A stretch of DNA of 64,000 bases from Bdellovibrionales bacterium (GTDB taxonomy: Bacteria; Bdellovibrionota; Bdellovibrionia; Bdellovibrionales; UBA1609), in the NCBI GenBank assembly GCA_965219095.1, contig CBDCMT010000001.1, positions 576,001 to 640,000 of the forward strand, read 5' to 3'. A program made the position numbers and the translations under genes. Positions within the stretch are counted from its first letter, which is position 1, and every line of letters begins with the position of its first letter. Shown here one piece after another: positions 38,246 to 48,452 of this stretch. The notes under the pieces are model-generated. The model did not search any database. It saw only the letters and a program-made list of their open reading frames with translations, and was not told where the DNA came from.

Positions 38246-40417
38246 ATGTTGTCTTTAAGATTAAAAGTAAAAGGTATGAGTTGTACAAGCTGTGCTAAAA
38301 ACATAGAAAGAAACACAAGGCAAATAAAAAGTGTAAAGACTTCTTACGTTAATTTTTCAACAGAAAGTGCTTATTTTGAGTTTTCTCGAAAAGAGGATGA
38401 AAGAAAAATCAAGCAAAAGATAAAAGAACTTGGTTTCTCTTATTCCGAGAGTTCACTCTCTTCAAAAACAGAAGAGGAGGAGGGTGAGAAAGGTTTAAAG
38501 GTAGCTTTTTTAGCTTTTATTTTAGCTCTCATTATTTTTACCCTCTCTATGGATCCTTTAAAAAAATGGCCACACCCTCTGATAAACTGGTATATACAAC
38601 TAATCTTAGCTACACCCCTTTGGGCCTTTATAGGTTATAAATTTCAAAAAGCACTTTTTTTATTTTTTATAAAGGGCCAATCCAATATGAACACTCTCAT
38701 AGGTTTAGGAACAAGCTCAGCTTACCTTTATAGTGCTTTTGTTGTTTTATTTTCTGATTTATCTTTTTCTTTAGGCTTAGCACAAAAAGTTTACTTTGAA
38801 GCTGTAGGTTTTATCATTTCCTTTGTCCTTTTAGGCCAATACTTAGAAAACAAAGCTAAGAAAAAGACGAAAAAAGCCCTCAATTCTTTAGTGGCCTTAA
38901 GCGCCAAAAAAGCTTGTCTTATAAAAAGCAAAACTCTTCAAGAAGTGGATGTTGAAAAGGTTAAAGTTAATGACATCATTCTTGTTAAGCCAGGAGGGAA
39001 ATTTCCTGTAGACGGAATCATTGAAAAGGGCTTTTCTGTAATTGATGAATCCATGTTAACAGGTGAGTCAAAGCCTGTAAAAAAATCTGTAGGACAAAAA
39101 ATTTATGCAGGGACTATTAATGAAACAAATTCTCTCTACTATAAAGCTACAAAAGTAGGAGAGAATACTTTCTTGGCTCAAATGATTGAGTTTGTAGAAA
39201 GAGCACAAAGCACTAAACCTAAAATAGAGAGGTATGCTGATAAAATCAGTTCTTTTTTAACTCCTTTGATTATGGTTTTAGCTTTTATTACATTTATTGT
39301 GTGGTTTTTTATACTTGGTCAAAGCCACTCTGCTATTTCGAATTTTATAGCAGTTCTTGTGGTCGCTTGTCCATGTGCCCTAGGTCTTGCAACCCCTACA
39401 GCTGTTGCTATAGCTATAACAGGGGCTTCTCTTAAAGGTCTTTTGATCAAAGGCGGAGAGGTTTTAGAAAAAAGTGCAAAAATAAAAAATTTTGTTTTTG
39501 ATAAAACAAACACTCTAACAGAGGGAAAGGCTTCCGTTGTAGAGTTCATAGGCTCGCAAGATCCTAAGTTCTTAGAAGAGATAGCTTCTCTTTCAGCCCT
39601 TTCAGAACATCCCCTTTCAAAAGCTATTCATTCATATACGAAAAGAAATGACTTTAAGCTTAAACAAGTAGAAACGTTTGAAGTTCAAAAATCCAAAGGC
39701 TTTATAGCTTGCTTTCAATCTAAAAAATATCTTATAGGAAGCAAAAAGCTTCTCGAAGATCATAAAATTAAAATAAATAAAAATCTTGTCTCAAAAGACA
39801 ATGGAATAGGAACTTATGTTCATGTGGCTGTTAACAAAGAACACAAAGCTCTCTTTATTATAAAAGACAAACTAAGGAAAGAGGCACAACATCTTATAGA
39901 GCAATTAAAAAACAAAGGTATAAAAACTCATATGCTCACAGGGGATAACAGAGACATAGCAAAAGATCTAGCTTGCAAACTAGGGATTGATGAAGTTAAA
40001 GCTGAAGCTATGACTTTAGAAAAAGCACAATACATCAAAAACTTACAAGACAAAAACCAGTTTGTAGCTATGTTAGGGGATGGCATCAATGACGCTCCCT
40101 CTTTAGCTCAAGCCGATCTGTCCTTAGCTATGGGATCAGGGACTGATGTCGCTATAGCTGCATCTGATGTGACTCTTGTTCACTCCCAACTTTCTAAAGT
40201 TCTTGATTTTCTCAATTTATCACAATTTACAATGAAAGTGATCAAACAAAATCTTTTTTTCTCTTTTATCTATAACTTTACTCTCATTCCTTTTGCTTCA
40301 GGTCTTTTTACTCTCTTCAATGGTCCTACCCTCACTCCCTCTCTTGCAAGTCTTGCTATGGCTCTCAGCAGTCTTTGTGTTGTCTCCAATAGTTTAAGAA
40401 TAAGAAAGTTCATTTGA
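38246..40417 (+). CDS. copA: Cu(I)-type P1B heavy-metal ATPase
   Basis: GMSCTSC, TGES, CPC, SEHP, GDGINDAP, TM YN and MALSS; phosphorylation motif reads DKTNT. Confidence 0.9.
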   Translation: MLSLRLKVKGMSCTSCAKNIERNTRQIKSVKTSYVNFSTESAYFEFSRKEDERKIKQKIKELGFSYSESSLSSKTEEEEGEKGLKVAFLAFILALIIFTLSMDPLKKWPHPLINWYIQLILATPLWAFIGYKFQKALFLFFIKGQSNMNTLIGLGTSSAYLYSAFVVLFSDLSFSLGLAQKVYFEAVGFIISFVLLGQYLENKAKKKTKKALNSLVALSAKKACLIKSKTLQEVDVEKVKVNDIILVKPGGKFPVDGIIEKGFSVIDESMLTGESKPVKKSVGQKIYAGTINETNSLYYKATKVGENTFLAQMIEFVERAQSTKPKIERYADKISSFLTPLIMVLAFITFIVWFFILGQSHSAISNFIAVLVVACPCALGLATPTAVAIAITGASLKGLLIKGGEVLEKSAKIKNFVFDKTNTLTEGKASVVEFIGSQDPKFLEEIASLSALSEHPLSKAIHSYTKRNDFKLKQVETFEVQKSKGFIACFQSKKYLIGSKKLLEDHKIKINKNLVSKDNGIGTYVHVAVNKEHKALFIIKDKLRKEAQHLIEQLKNKGIKTHMLTGDNRDIAKDLACKLGIDEVKAEAMTLEKAQYIKNLQDKNQFVAMLGDGINDAPSLAQADLSLAMGSGTDVAIAASDVTLVHSQLSKVLDFLNLSQFTMKVIKQNLFFSFIYNFTLIPFASGLFTLFNGPTLTPSLASLAMALSSLCVVSNSLRIRKFI

Positions 40418-40437
40418 ATTCTCTCTGTAAGCATATA

Positions 40438-41849
40438 ATACCATTTCCAAAAATTAATTCGACATTCTTTTAACTCATTGCGTCCTGGCTTTTTGATAAA
40501 ACTCTGTTAAATTTTTAGAGTCATGTCGAAAAAAGATTTAGTTACACAGATTCAAGGGTATAATTTTCTAGCTACTTACAAAGTAGAAAGAAGTGCCAAC
40601 ATCAAGACAAAATTATTGGCTTTGCAGCATATGCAAGAAGGAAAATCGATTCAAGAAACAGCAGGTATGGTTTTGTATCACCGTCACAGTATCAAATCTT
40701 GGTTACAGTCTTTTGTAGACTTTGATTACGAGGGATTGATAGATCGAGAAGGCAGAGGACGCAAGCCTCGTTTGCCAGTGACAGAAGAGGAGAACTTCAA
40801 AATCAAGTTAGATGAAATTCAAGACAAAAGAGAGGGAGGAAGCATAGGAGCAAAGGAAATACAGAAACTTTTAGCAGATGAATTTGACTGTTGCTATTCT
40901 CTTTCTGGGGTTTATGTTTCTTTAGACCGCCTTAATATTGTATGGATCAGTGGTCGTTCTCTTCATCCTAAAAGTTCATTAAGAAGCTATGGAACAGTTT
41001 AAGGAACATTTTCCAGAAGAGGTGGAGAAAATAAAGGAAAAGATTCAGACTAATAAAATAGAGATTTGGTGGCAGGATGAATGCAGAATAAGCTCAGCAA
41101 GGTTCTTTGAGTAGGATTTGGGCAAGAAAAGGCACACGGCCTAGAGTTGTGAGGCAAAGACAATTTTTATCCACTTATATTTTTGGAGCAGTTTGTCCGG
41201 ATAGAGATAAAGGCTGTGCTTGGATTTTACCGGAATGTAATTCAGGGATGATGCAAATTCACTTAGATGAGATATCTAAAAATATTCAAGAAAACTATCA
41301 TGGAATTGTTTTAATGGACAGAGCCAGTTGGCATACCACAGAGACTTTGATAGTTCCTAAGAATTTATCCCTGATGCCTTTACCTCCTTATAGTCCAGAA
41401 TTAAATCCCATGGAACAAGTCTGGCAACAATTACGAAGGATCAAATTATCGAATGCATGTTTTAAAAACTATGACCATATACTGAATACTTGTTGTGAGG
41501 CCTGGAATACTTTTTGCGATCAGGAGGGCAGGATTAAAAAATTATGCACTCGATCTTGGACAAAACAACAAGATGAATCAAGCTTGTAAATTAATTTGAA
41601 CCTATAAATTAAATTGTGTAACTGATTTTTGTCATTTTAAATTTTAACCTCACTTTTTTACACTTATTTTAACCCATCAATCGATTTACACAACAAATAG
41701 ATATACCTGAAATAAACTTATCTTATGAAAACTTAAACTCACCTTAAAAGAAGTTTTTTTAAAACCTCCTAACTGAAACTTTTCCTTAAGTCAATTTTAA
41801 AATTTTAAATTTGAACATGAAAATGTCGAATTAATTTCTGTAATTGGTA
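40438..41849 (+). mobile_element. IS630 (type B) with frameshifted transposase (40523-41589)
   Basis: TA flanks; imperfect IRs; WWQDE, MDRASWH, LPPYSPELNPME; two frameshifts near 40980 and 41090. Confidence 0.9.
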
Positions 41850-41872
41850 TAAGACAACATTTTAGGAAAATA

Positions 41873-41920
41873 GCCTCCTCAAAAGAACCTCCGGGAACCC
41901 ACAGATTCTTTTGAGGAGGC
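41873..41920. mobile_element. 48-bp ISL3 right-end hairpin scar
   Basis: GCCTCCTCAAAAGAA-CCTCCGGGAACCCACAGA-TTCTTTTGAGGAGGC (15-bp stem). Confidence 0.85.
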
Positions 41921-42602
41921 AAAGATTCAATTCACTCCTTGTTAACTCGGGAGAACTTAAATCACTTAAACTCATAAACCTTTCTTTCTCCATCCTCTTT
42001 GTTAGTAAAACAAGACCACTCCCATCATAGAACAGCCCTTTTAATCTCCTTCTATTAAAACCTAGAAAGAGATAAAGATCTCCTAAGTTGATCTCTCCTT
42101 CCATCTCACTTCTCACCAGATAACTCAACCTTTCAAAACTCCATCGCATGTCTATCTTTTGAGAGTAGACAAAAATACGATAGCCTTCAGATAAAAAAAT
42201 CATAAACTCCTCACTAATTCTAAAATCTCTTCCCAATCTAGACCCTTTAAGACTAAGACCTTCTTATCCTCATATGACTTTTCCTTTTTCAAAGAAACGG
42301 CCTTAAAAAGAGACTTCTTAGGGGAAACTGTTGAAATATAAGACTTCTTCCAGTTATTGATTGTAGAGAGGCTGACTTTTGCTTCTTTACAAAATTTAGA
42401 AACCTTTTCCTCTTTCAAAAAATCTAGAATCTCTCTCTTAAGAGCTTCTGGGTAGCGTATAAGCTTCTTGTTGGAACTCTCCTCTCGACAAAGCTGTATC
42501 TTCTTTTTTAAATTAATCCCTTCTTCCATAAAACCCCTCCTCTTAAGAAAAACTTATAAGAAAAATTTAATCTTGGATAGGGCGGTCATATAACCGAGTT
42601 AC
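41921..42602 (-). mobile_element. Classical IS66 5' part (tnpA 42200-42529, truncated tnpB)
   Basis: End GTAACTCGG; TnpB motifs IDMR.SF..L, LFL...R.RLK.L.YDGSG..L..KR.E. Confidence 0.85.
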
Positions 42603-42730
42603 TTTCTAATAGTTTAAGAATAAGAAAAAAGTTCATTTGAACTATTTATTTAAGAAACTAAAATTCAGCTTATACTTTAATTTTTATTTGTACAAAAATA
42701 AAGGTTTTAAAAAAGTCCATCCTCATTTTT

Positions 42731-45001
42731 TCAATCTTTACTTTGACGAATTAAATTTAAAGCTGAACCGGCTTGAAACCATTTGACTTGTTCTTTATTA
42801 AAAGTATGAGTTAACTCAATAACATCTTCAGTCCCATTTTTGTGTTTTAAAACCATTTGCAAAACACTTCCCGGAGCAAATTCTTTTAAACCCCTTATAA
42901 AAACACGATCCATTTCATTTACTTTTTCGTAGTCATGAGGTTCTTTAAAATGAAGTGCTAAAACACCTTGTTTTTTTAAATTAGTTTCATGGATGCGAGC
43001 AAAACTTTTCACCACAACGGTATGGCAACCTAAATAACGAGGACTCATTGCGGCATGTTCTCGACTGCTTCCTTCTCCATAATTTTCATCACCTACGATA
43101 ATCCAGCCTTGATGGTTTAATTTATAATGCCTTGCTGTTTTTTGAAATTCTTGATGTTCCTCACCTGTTAAAACGTTCAAGCCCTTTCCTATTTCCTTTG
43201 TAAAGGCGTTTTTAGCTCCTAATAACATATTGCTTGAAATGTTATCCAAATGACCTCTGTAACGAAGCCAAGCTCCTGCAGGACTAATGTGATCTGTAGT
43301 ACACTTTCCTTTCGCTTTACAAAGGATTAAAAGATTTTCTCCATCCTCTTTTTTCCAAGATGAAAAAGGTTCTAAAATCTGAAGCCTCTCTGAATGGGGT
43401 TTGACTTCTATGTATACAGTCTTTCCAAGGGGTTCTAAATAAGCCTCTTCATCAGAAACAAAGCCGAAAGGAGGTAATTCTAAACCTTTAGGTGCATGAA
43501 GTTTAATGCTTTTTCCCTCTTTTGTTTTGATTTTGTCGGTTTCAGGATTAAAATCTAAACGACCCGATAAACCTAAAGCCATTACCACCTCAGGACTTCC
43601 AAGAAAAGAAAGAGTTTCTTTATTACCATCATTTCTGCCTCTAAAGTTTCTGTTAAAACTTGAAACAATGGTATTTACTTGACCTTCTTTCAAAGAATCT
43701 CGTTTCCATTGCCCAATACAAGGTCCACAAGCATTTGCTAAAATCACACCGCCTACTTTTCTTAACTTTTCCATCTGCCCATCTCTTTCAATAGTTTTTT
43801 TGATTTGACTTGAACCAGGAGAGACCATAAAAATTTGCGGCATTTTCAGTCCATGTTCCGAGGCTTGCTCTGCTACATGACTAGCCCTCTCAATATCTTC
43901 GTAGGATGAGTTTGTACAAGAGCCAATAAGAGCTGCAGAAAGCTCAACGGGCCAATCTTCTCTTTCAAGCTCTTCTTTCATTTGACTTAAAGGCCTTGCT
44001 ACATCAGGGGAATGGGGGCCTACTAAATGAGGTTCCAAAGAAGACAGATCTATTTCCACAACCTCATCATAAAACTGCTTAGGATCAGATGACACTTCAC
44101 TGTCGGCTTCTAAAAGATCTTTGTTCTCTTCTGCTAAAAGAGCTAAATTTTTTCTATTGGTAATATTTAAATAAGCTTCCATCTTTAAGTCAAAAGGAAA
44201 GACAGAGCAAGTTGCTCCTAACTCAGCTCCCATGTTAGTGATGGTAGCTTTTCCTGTACAGCTAATCATCCTACAGCCTTCACCAAAATACTCGATAATT
44301 TTATTGGTTCCACCTTTAACTGTTAAAATTCCACAAAGTTTTAAAATCACATCCTTAGGAGCCGTCCAGCCTTTTAGTTTTCCTGTGAGATGAACACCTA
44401 AAATTTTAGGGTTTTTCACTTCCCATTTTAAACCAGCCATAACATCAGAAGCATCAGCACCTCCAACCCCAATAGCTAACATACCTAAACCTCCCGCATT
44501 AGGCGTATGAGAGTCCGTTCCAATCATAAGGCCTCCAGGGAAAGCATAGTTTTCTAACACGACTTGATGAATGATTCCTGCCCCTGGCTTCCAAAAACCA
44601 ATACCATAACGACTCGAAGCAGCTTCTAAAAAATCATAAACCTCTTTATGATCAGACATCGCTTGTTTTATATCCTCTTTTGTACCTTCATAAGCTCTTA
44701 TCAAATGATCACAATGAACTGTTGTTGGTATAGCTACAGTGTCTTTTTTAGCAAGCATAAATTGCAATAAAGCCATCTGAGCTGTGGCATCCTGCATGGC
44801 CACTCGATCAGGTTGTAAAGAAAGAAAGCTTTTTAATCTTTTGAGTTCTTGACTTGCAGGATCTGTTAAATGTCCATAGAGAATTTTTTCTGCCAAGGTT
44901 AAAGGTCGATCTAAGCGATTTCTTATCACCTTTAAATTCTTTCGTATTTTTTTATAAGCTCCTTCTGTCATTTGAGCTGTTGTTTCAATTTGACTTGACA
45001 T
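42731..45001 (-). CDS. Aconitate hydratase (mitochondrial-type)
   Basis: PDRVAMQDATAQMALLQF, HCDH, DSHTPN, IGSCTNSSYED, NACGPCIGQW, GSSREHAA. Confidence 0.95.
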   Translation of the reverse strand: MSSQIETTAQMTEGAYKKIRKNLKVIRNRLDRPLTLAEKILYGHLTDPASQELKRLKSFLSLQPDRVAMQDATAQMALLQFMLAKKDTVAIPTTVHCDHLIRAYEGTKEDIKQAMSDHKEVYDFLEAASSRYGIGFWKPGAGIIHQVVLENYAFPGGLMIGTDSHTPNAGGLGMLAIGVGGADASDVMAGLKWEVKNPKILGVHLTGKLKGWTAPKDVILKLCGILTVKGGTNKIIEYFGEGCRMISCTGKATITNMGAELGATCSVFPFDLKMEAYLNITNRKNLALLAEENKDLLEADSEVSSDPKQFYDEVVEIDLSSLEPHLVGPHSPDVARPLSQMKEELEREDWPVELSAALIGSCTNSSYEDIERASHVAEQASEHGLKMPQIFMVSPGSSQIKKTIERDGQMEKLRKVGGVILANACGPCIGQWKRDSLKEGQVNTIVSSFNRNFRGRNDGNKETLSFLGSPEVVMALGLSGRLDFNPETDKIKTKEGKSIKLHAPKGLELPPFGFVSDEEAYLEPLGKTVYIEVKPHSERLQILEPFSSWKKEDGENLLILCKAKGKCTTDHISPAGAWLRYRGHLDNISSNMLLGAKNAFTKEIGKGLNVLTGEEHQEFQKTARHYKLNHQGWIIVGDENYGEGSSREHAAMSPRYLGCHTVVVKSFARIHETNLKKQGVLALHFKEPHDYEKVNEMDRVFIRGLKEFAPGSVLQMVLKHKNGTEDVIELTHTFNKEQVKWFQAGSALNLIRQSKD

Positions 45002-45028
45002 AGTTCACCTCAGTTCTTTGTTTTGACT

Positions 45029-45679
45029 TCAAGCCATTTCGAAAATTTCCCTGACAGCTTTTCTGATGCCTGTGTAAACTTCAAAAGGACTTGCCTTGTC
45101 GTACATATAAGCAGGTGTTGTAACTAATTTATTCTCTCTATCAGTTACAAAATCCATAACAGGACACAAGATATGATGTGCTCCTGTTTTTTCAATTTCC
45201 TCTGATACTGCCTTATCCTCACCAATGGTGACAGATACCTTTTGATCCCCTAAAACTTTAGAAACCAAAGCAGGAGCAATACATAAAGCTCCAATTGGTT
45301 TCGAATGTGCATGAAAATCTCTGATGATCCTTTCAATATGAGAATCCACTTTGCAGTCCGCTCCTTTCTGAGCAAAATCACACAAATGGATTACTGCCCC
45401 ATAACCTCCAGGAAAAATTAATCCATGGAAATCATCTATTTTAAGCTCATTAAGAGGCAATACAGGCTTTCTATAAATACGAGTGGATTCATAGAGCGTG
45501 TTTCTTTTCTCTTCTGCTTTATCACTTACATGGTTTATAGCTTTTATCTCTTTGTCAGGTGAAAAAGCCACAACACAAGCTTCTAATTCTGAAAGTGCTA
45601 AAAAAATACAGACAGCTTCTGTGATCTCAGAACCATCTTTAAATCCACAACCAGATAAAATAACAGCAAATCTTTTCAT
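45029..45679 (-). CDS. elbB: DJ-1/PfpI glyoxalase ElbB
   Basis: LSGCG..DGSEI.EAV, PGG.GA, CIAP, TTPAYM. Confidence 0.92.
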   Translation of the reverse strand: MKRFAVILSGCGFKDGSEITEAVCIFLALSELEACVVAFSPDKEIKAINHVSDKAEEKRNTLYESTRIYRKPVLPLNELKIDDFHGLIFPGGYGAVIHLCDFAQKGADCKVDSHIERIIRDFHAHSKPIGALCIAPALVSKVLGDQKVSVTIGEDKAVSEEIEKTGAHHILCPVMDFVTDRENKLVTTPAYMYDKASPFEVYTGIRKAVREIFEMA

Positions 45680-45715
45680 TTTCTCCTCTCCCTATGTTAT
45701 AACTTTTAAACGAAA

Positions 45716-46348
45716 ATGAAAAGAATTTCAAGAATAATCGATCTTCTTAAGAAAACCTATCCTGAAGCCAAATGTACCCTAAGGTATAAAAAAGATTATG
45801 AGCTTTTAGTGGCCACCATTTTAAGTGCTCAATGCACAGACAAAAGAGTTAATGAAGTCACCACTGATTTATTTGAAACCTACCCCACAGTGAAGGCTTT
45901 AGCTAAAGCCCCTTTAAGAAAGCTTGAGAGCTTGATTCACTCCACAGGTTTTTACAAGAACAAAGCAAAAAACATTAAGGCTTGCTGTCAAAAAATTGTA
46001 AAAGATCATAAAGGGTATGTCCCTCGAAATCTAGAAGAGTTGGTTCTTCTTCCAGGTGTGGGGAGAAAAACAGCTAACGTGGTCTTAGGAAATGCTTTTG
46101 GCATTGCTTCTGGTGTTGTTGTGGACACCCATGTCACTAGACTTTCTTATCGTATGGGCCTTACAACGACAAAAAACCCTCTTCTTATAGAAAAAAAACT
46201 CAACAAGCTCTTACCTAAAAAGTATTGGATTGACTTTTCCCATTGGTTGATACTCCACGGAAGATTTGTATGTAAGTCTAGAAGACCTCAATGTCAGTCT
46301 TGTGTGCTAATATCTCATTGCCCTAAGAAAAAATATAAACTAAAATAA
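45716..46348 (+). CDS. nth: Endonuclease III
   Basis: LSAQCTD, LPGVGRKTANVV, VDTH, CX6CX2CX5C. Confidence 0.96.
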   Translation: MKRISRIIDLLKKTYPEAKCTLRYKKDYELLVATILSAQCTDKRVNEVTTDLFETYPTVKALAKAPLRKLESLIHSTGFYKNKAKNIKACCQKIVKDHKGYVPRNLEELVLLPGVGRKTANVVLGNAFGIASGVVVDTHVTRLSYRMGLTTTKNPLLIEKKLNKLLPKKYWIDFSHWLILHGRFVCKSRRPQCQSCVLISHCPKKKYKLK

Positions 46349-46353
46349 CTTCT

Positions 46354-46836
46354 ATGTTCACAGCCCTATTACAAAGTCTTCGTTATTTAGGCCATTTCTA
46401 CCCTTTAGCCTTTCTAAGAATTTATTTAGGTTTTGTGTTTCTCTCTCAAGCTTTGGAAAGAAAAAGTTCAGGGTTTTTAGACACTCCCCATTTGGCAGCT
46501 ATGATTGAAGAGTGGCTTCCTCAAAGTACCTCACCTACTTGGCTTCAGGTTTTTTACGAATCCACAGTCGTTCCTCAGTGGCAACTTTTCAGCTATATCA
46601 TTTTATTTTGTGAAATGATCATAGGATTAAGCTATATTTTAGGGTTTGGAGTAAGATCCATTAGCTGGATAGGAATTATCCTCTGCTTTCATTTCATCTA
46701 CATAAGTTCTCCTCTAGAGACAACACTTTATAAAATTCTTATGGCTACTTTTTTTACTATGGCATGGCTGGGAGCTGGACGTTGTCTAGGTATTGATTAC
46801 TACTTTTTCAAAAGGGTGCGTGGTATTTGGTGGTAG
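46354..46836 (+). CDS. DoxX-family membrane protein
   Basis: LRIYLG, E..IG...ILG..VR, GAGR..GID. Confidence 0.85.
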   Translation: MFTALLQSLRYLGHFYPLAFLRIYLGFVFLSQALERKSSGFLDTPHLAAMIEEWLPQSTSPTWLQVFYESTVVPQWQLFSYIILFCEMIIGLSYILGFGVRSISWIGIILCFHFIYISSPLETTLYKILMATFFTMAWLGAGRCLGIDYYFFKRVRGIWW

Positions 46837-46840
46837 AAAA

Positions 46841-47026
46841 GGCGTTGTTGTACACAAGCGTTTTAGATCAAGTTGTTTCCACTTGAGGTGACATCATTCC
46901 TATTGAGTTTGGAGTTTGATAGCTGAAGGGGTCTTCATGTGATTAAGAATCCTGCACTTTATAAAGGCTTCATGAGCTTGATTCATAAAATTTCTTGAAT
47001 TAAGTTTTGATCCTAGAAGTTGATTG
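46841..47026 (-). mobile_element. IS5-family (IS903 group) 3' remnant
   Basis: Minus strand QLLGSKLNSRNFMNQAHEAFIKCRILNHM; terminus GGCGTTGTTG. Confidence 0.75.
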
Positions 47027-47029
47027 GAG

Positions 47030-47119
47030 CCTGTAAACCGAATTGTGTAACTGAATATAACACACTACAATATTCCTATTGCAGTGTGTTATATTCAGTT
47101 ACACAATTCGGTTTACAGG
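47030..47119. repeat. 90-bp palindrome (43-bp stem, one mismatch, TTCC loop) made of an IS256-like end
   Basis: CCTGTAAACCGAATTGTGTAACTGAATATAACACACT followed by its exact reverse complement; related single ends at 41599 and 58102-58141. Confidence 0.9.
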
Positions 47120-47124
47120 AGCTA

Positions 47125-47535
47125 ATATCATTTCCAAAAATTAATTCGACATTCTTTTAACGCATTGCGTCCTGGCTTTTTGATAAAACTCTGTTAAATT
47201 TTTAGAGTCATGTCGAAAAAAGATTTAGTTACACAGATTCAAGGGTATGATTTTCTGGCTACTTACAAAGTGGAAAGAAGTGCCAACATCAAGATAAAAC
47301 TCCAAGCTTTGCAGCATATGCAAGACGGAAAATCGATTCAAGAAACAGCAGGTATAGTTTTCTATCATCGTCACAGTATCAAATCCTGGTTACAGTCTTT
47401 TGTAGACTTTGATTACGAGGGATTGATAGATCGAGAAGGCAGAGGGCGCAAGCCTCGTTTACCAGTGACAGAAGAAGAGAACTTCAAAATCAAGTTAGAT
47501 GAAATTCAAGACAAAAGAGAGGGAGGAAGCATAGG
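47125..47535 (+). mobile_element. IS630 (type B) 5' fragment truncated by IS3
   Basis: Similar to 40438-40848. Confidence 0.9.
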
Positions 47536-47564
47536 TGATCTTCCCCCAAAAAAGTGGACAGTTT

Positions 47565-48452
47565 TTATGTTCTTAAAGCCCTCCTTTGTTTAAATTCTTT
47601 TGGGCTCATGTATTTCAAGGAAGAATGCATTCTTACCTTGTTATACCAATCCATGTAAATTGCAATTTTTTTCTCCAACTCTTCTTTCGTTGTACAGTCT
47701 TTGTATTCCAGTTCATCTTTCAACGTATGGAAAAAGCTCTCCACAAACGCATTATCATAACAATTTCCTTTCCTAGACATAGATTGCTTGAGGCCAAAGA
47801 ATTTCAATTCTTTTCTAAACCCTTCACAACAATATTGAACCCCTTGATCCGAGTGGATTATCAAGCCCTCTAAGTTCCCAGAAACAGATTGGACTGCGGC
47901 TCTCAGAGCCTGTTTTGAATGAACCCCGTCCAAGCTCTCACAGAGCTTCCAAGACTTAATCTCTCGATTATAGACATCTAAAAATACAACCAAATACAGA
48001 AATTTATCTCTAAAAGGAATATAGGTTAAATCCGAACACCATACCTGGTTTTCTTTTCCTGCTTGGCTCTGTCCTGTCTTAAACAACCGAGGAGACTTAA
48101 TCATGAGAGGGTTATTCTTTATCATGAGAGGGTTATTCTTTGTTGTTCTAGGAACATAGGGTTTTTTCTGACGGGCACTGAGATTCTTTAGTTTCATAAT
48201 TCGAGCTACTTTGTTTTCTCCAGCACTCACTCCGCAACGCTTTAATTCCCTATACACCCTGGGGGAACCATAACAGCCTTTATTTTTTTTAAAAATAGAT
48301 TCTATGTTTTTCTCCAGATTTTTATCCTTTTCAAGCTTTCCCCTGGTTTTTAAAAAACTATAAAAACCAGAACGAGATCCTCTTAATAATTCGCAAATGC
48401 GAAGCACTGGATGCCCTTTCTCTTTTACATAAAACATAGCCTTAAATCTCAT
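47565..48452 (-). CDS. IS3 transposase OrfB
   Basis: YGSPR, WCSDLTY, HSDQGVQY, SRKGNCYDNAFVESFF. Confidence 0.93.
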   Translation of the reverse strand: MRFKAMFYVKEKGHPVLRICELLRGSRSGFYSFLKTRGKLEKDKNLEKNIESIFKKNKGCYGSPRVYRELKRCGVSAGENKVARIMKLKNLSARQKKPYVPRTTKNNPLMIKNNPLMIKSPRLFKTGQSQAGKENQVWCSDLTYIPFRDKFLYLVVFLDVYNREIKSWKLCESLDGVHSKQALRAAVQSVSGNLEGLIIHSDQGVQYCCEGFRKELKFFGLKQSMSRKGNCYDNAFVESFFHTLKDELEYKDCTTKEELEKKIAIYMDWYNKVRMHSSLKYMSPKEFKQRRALRT

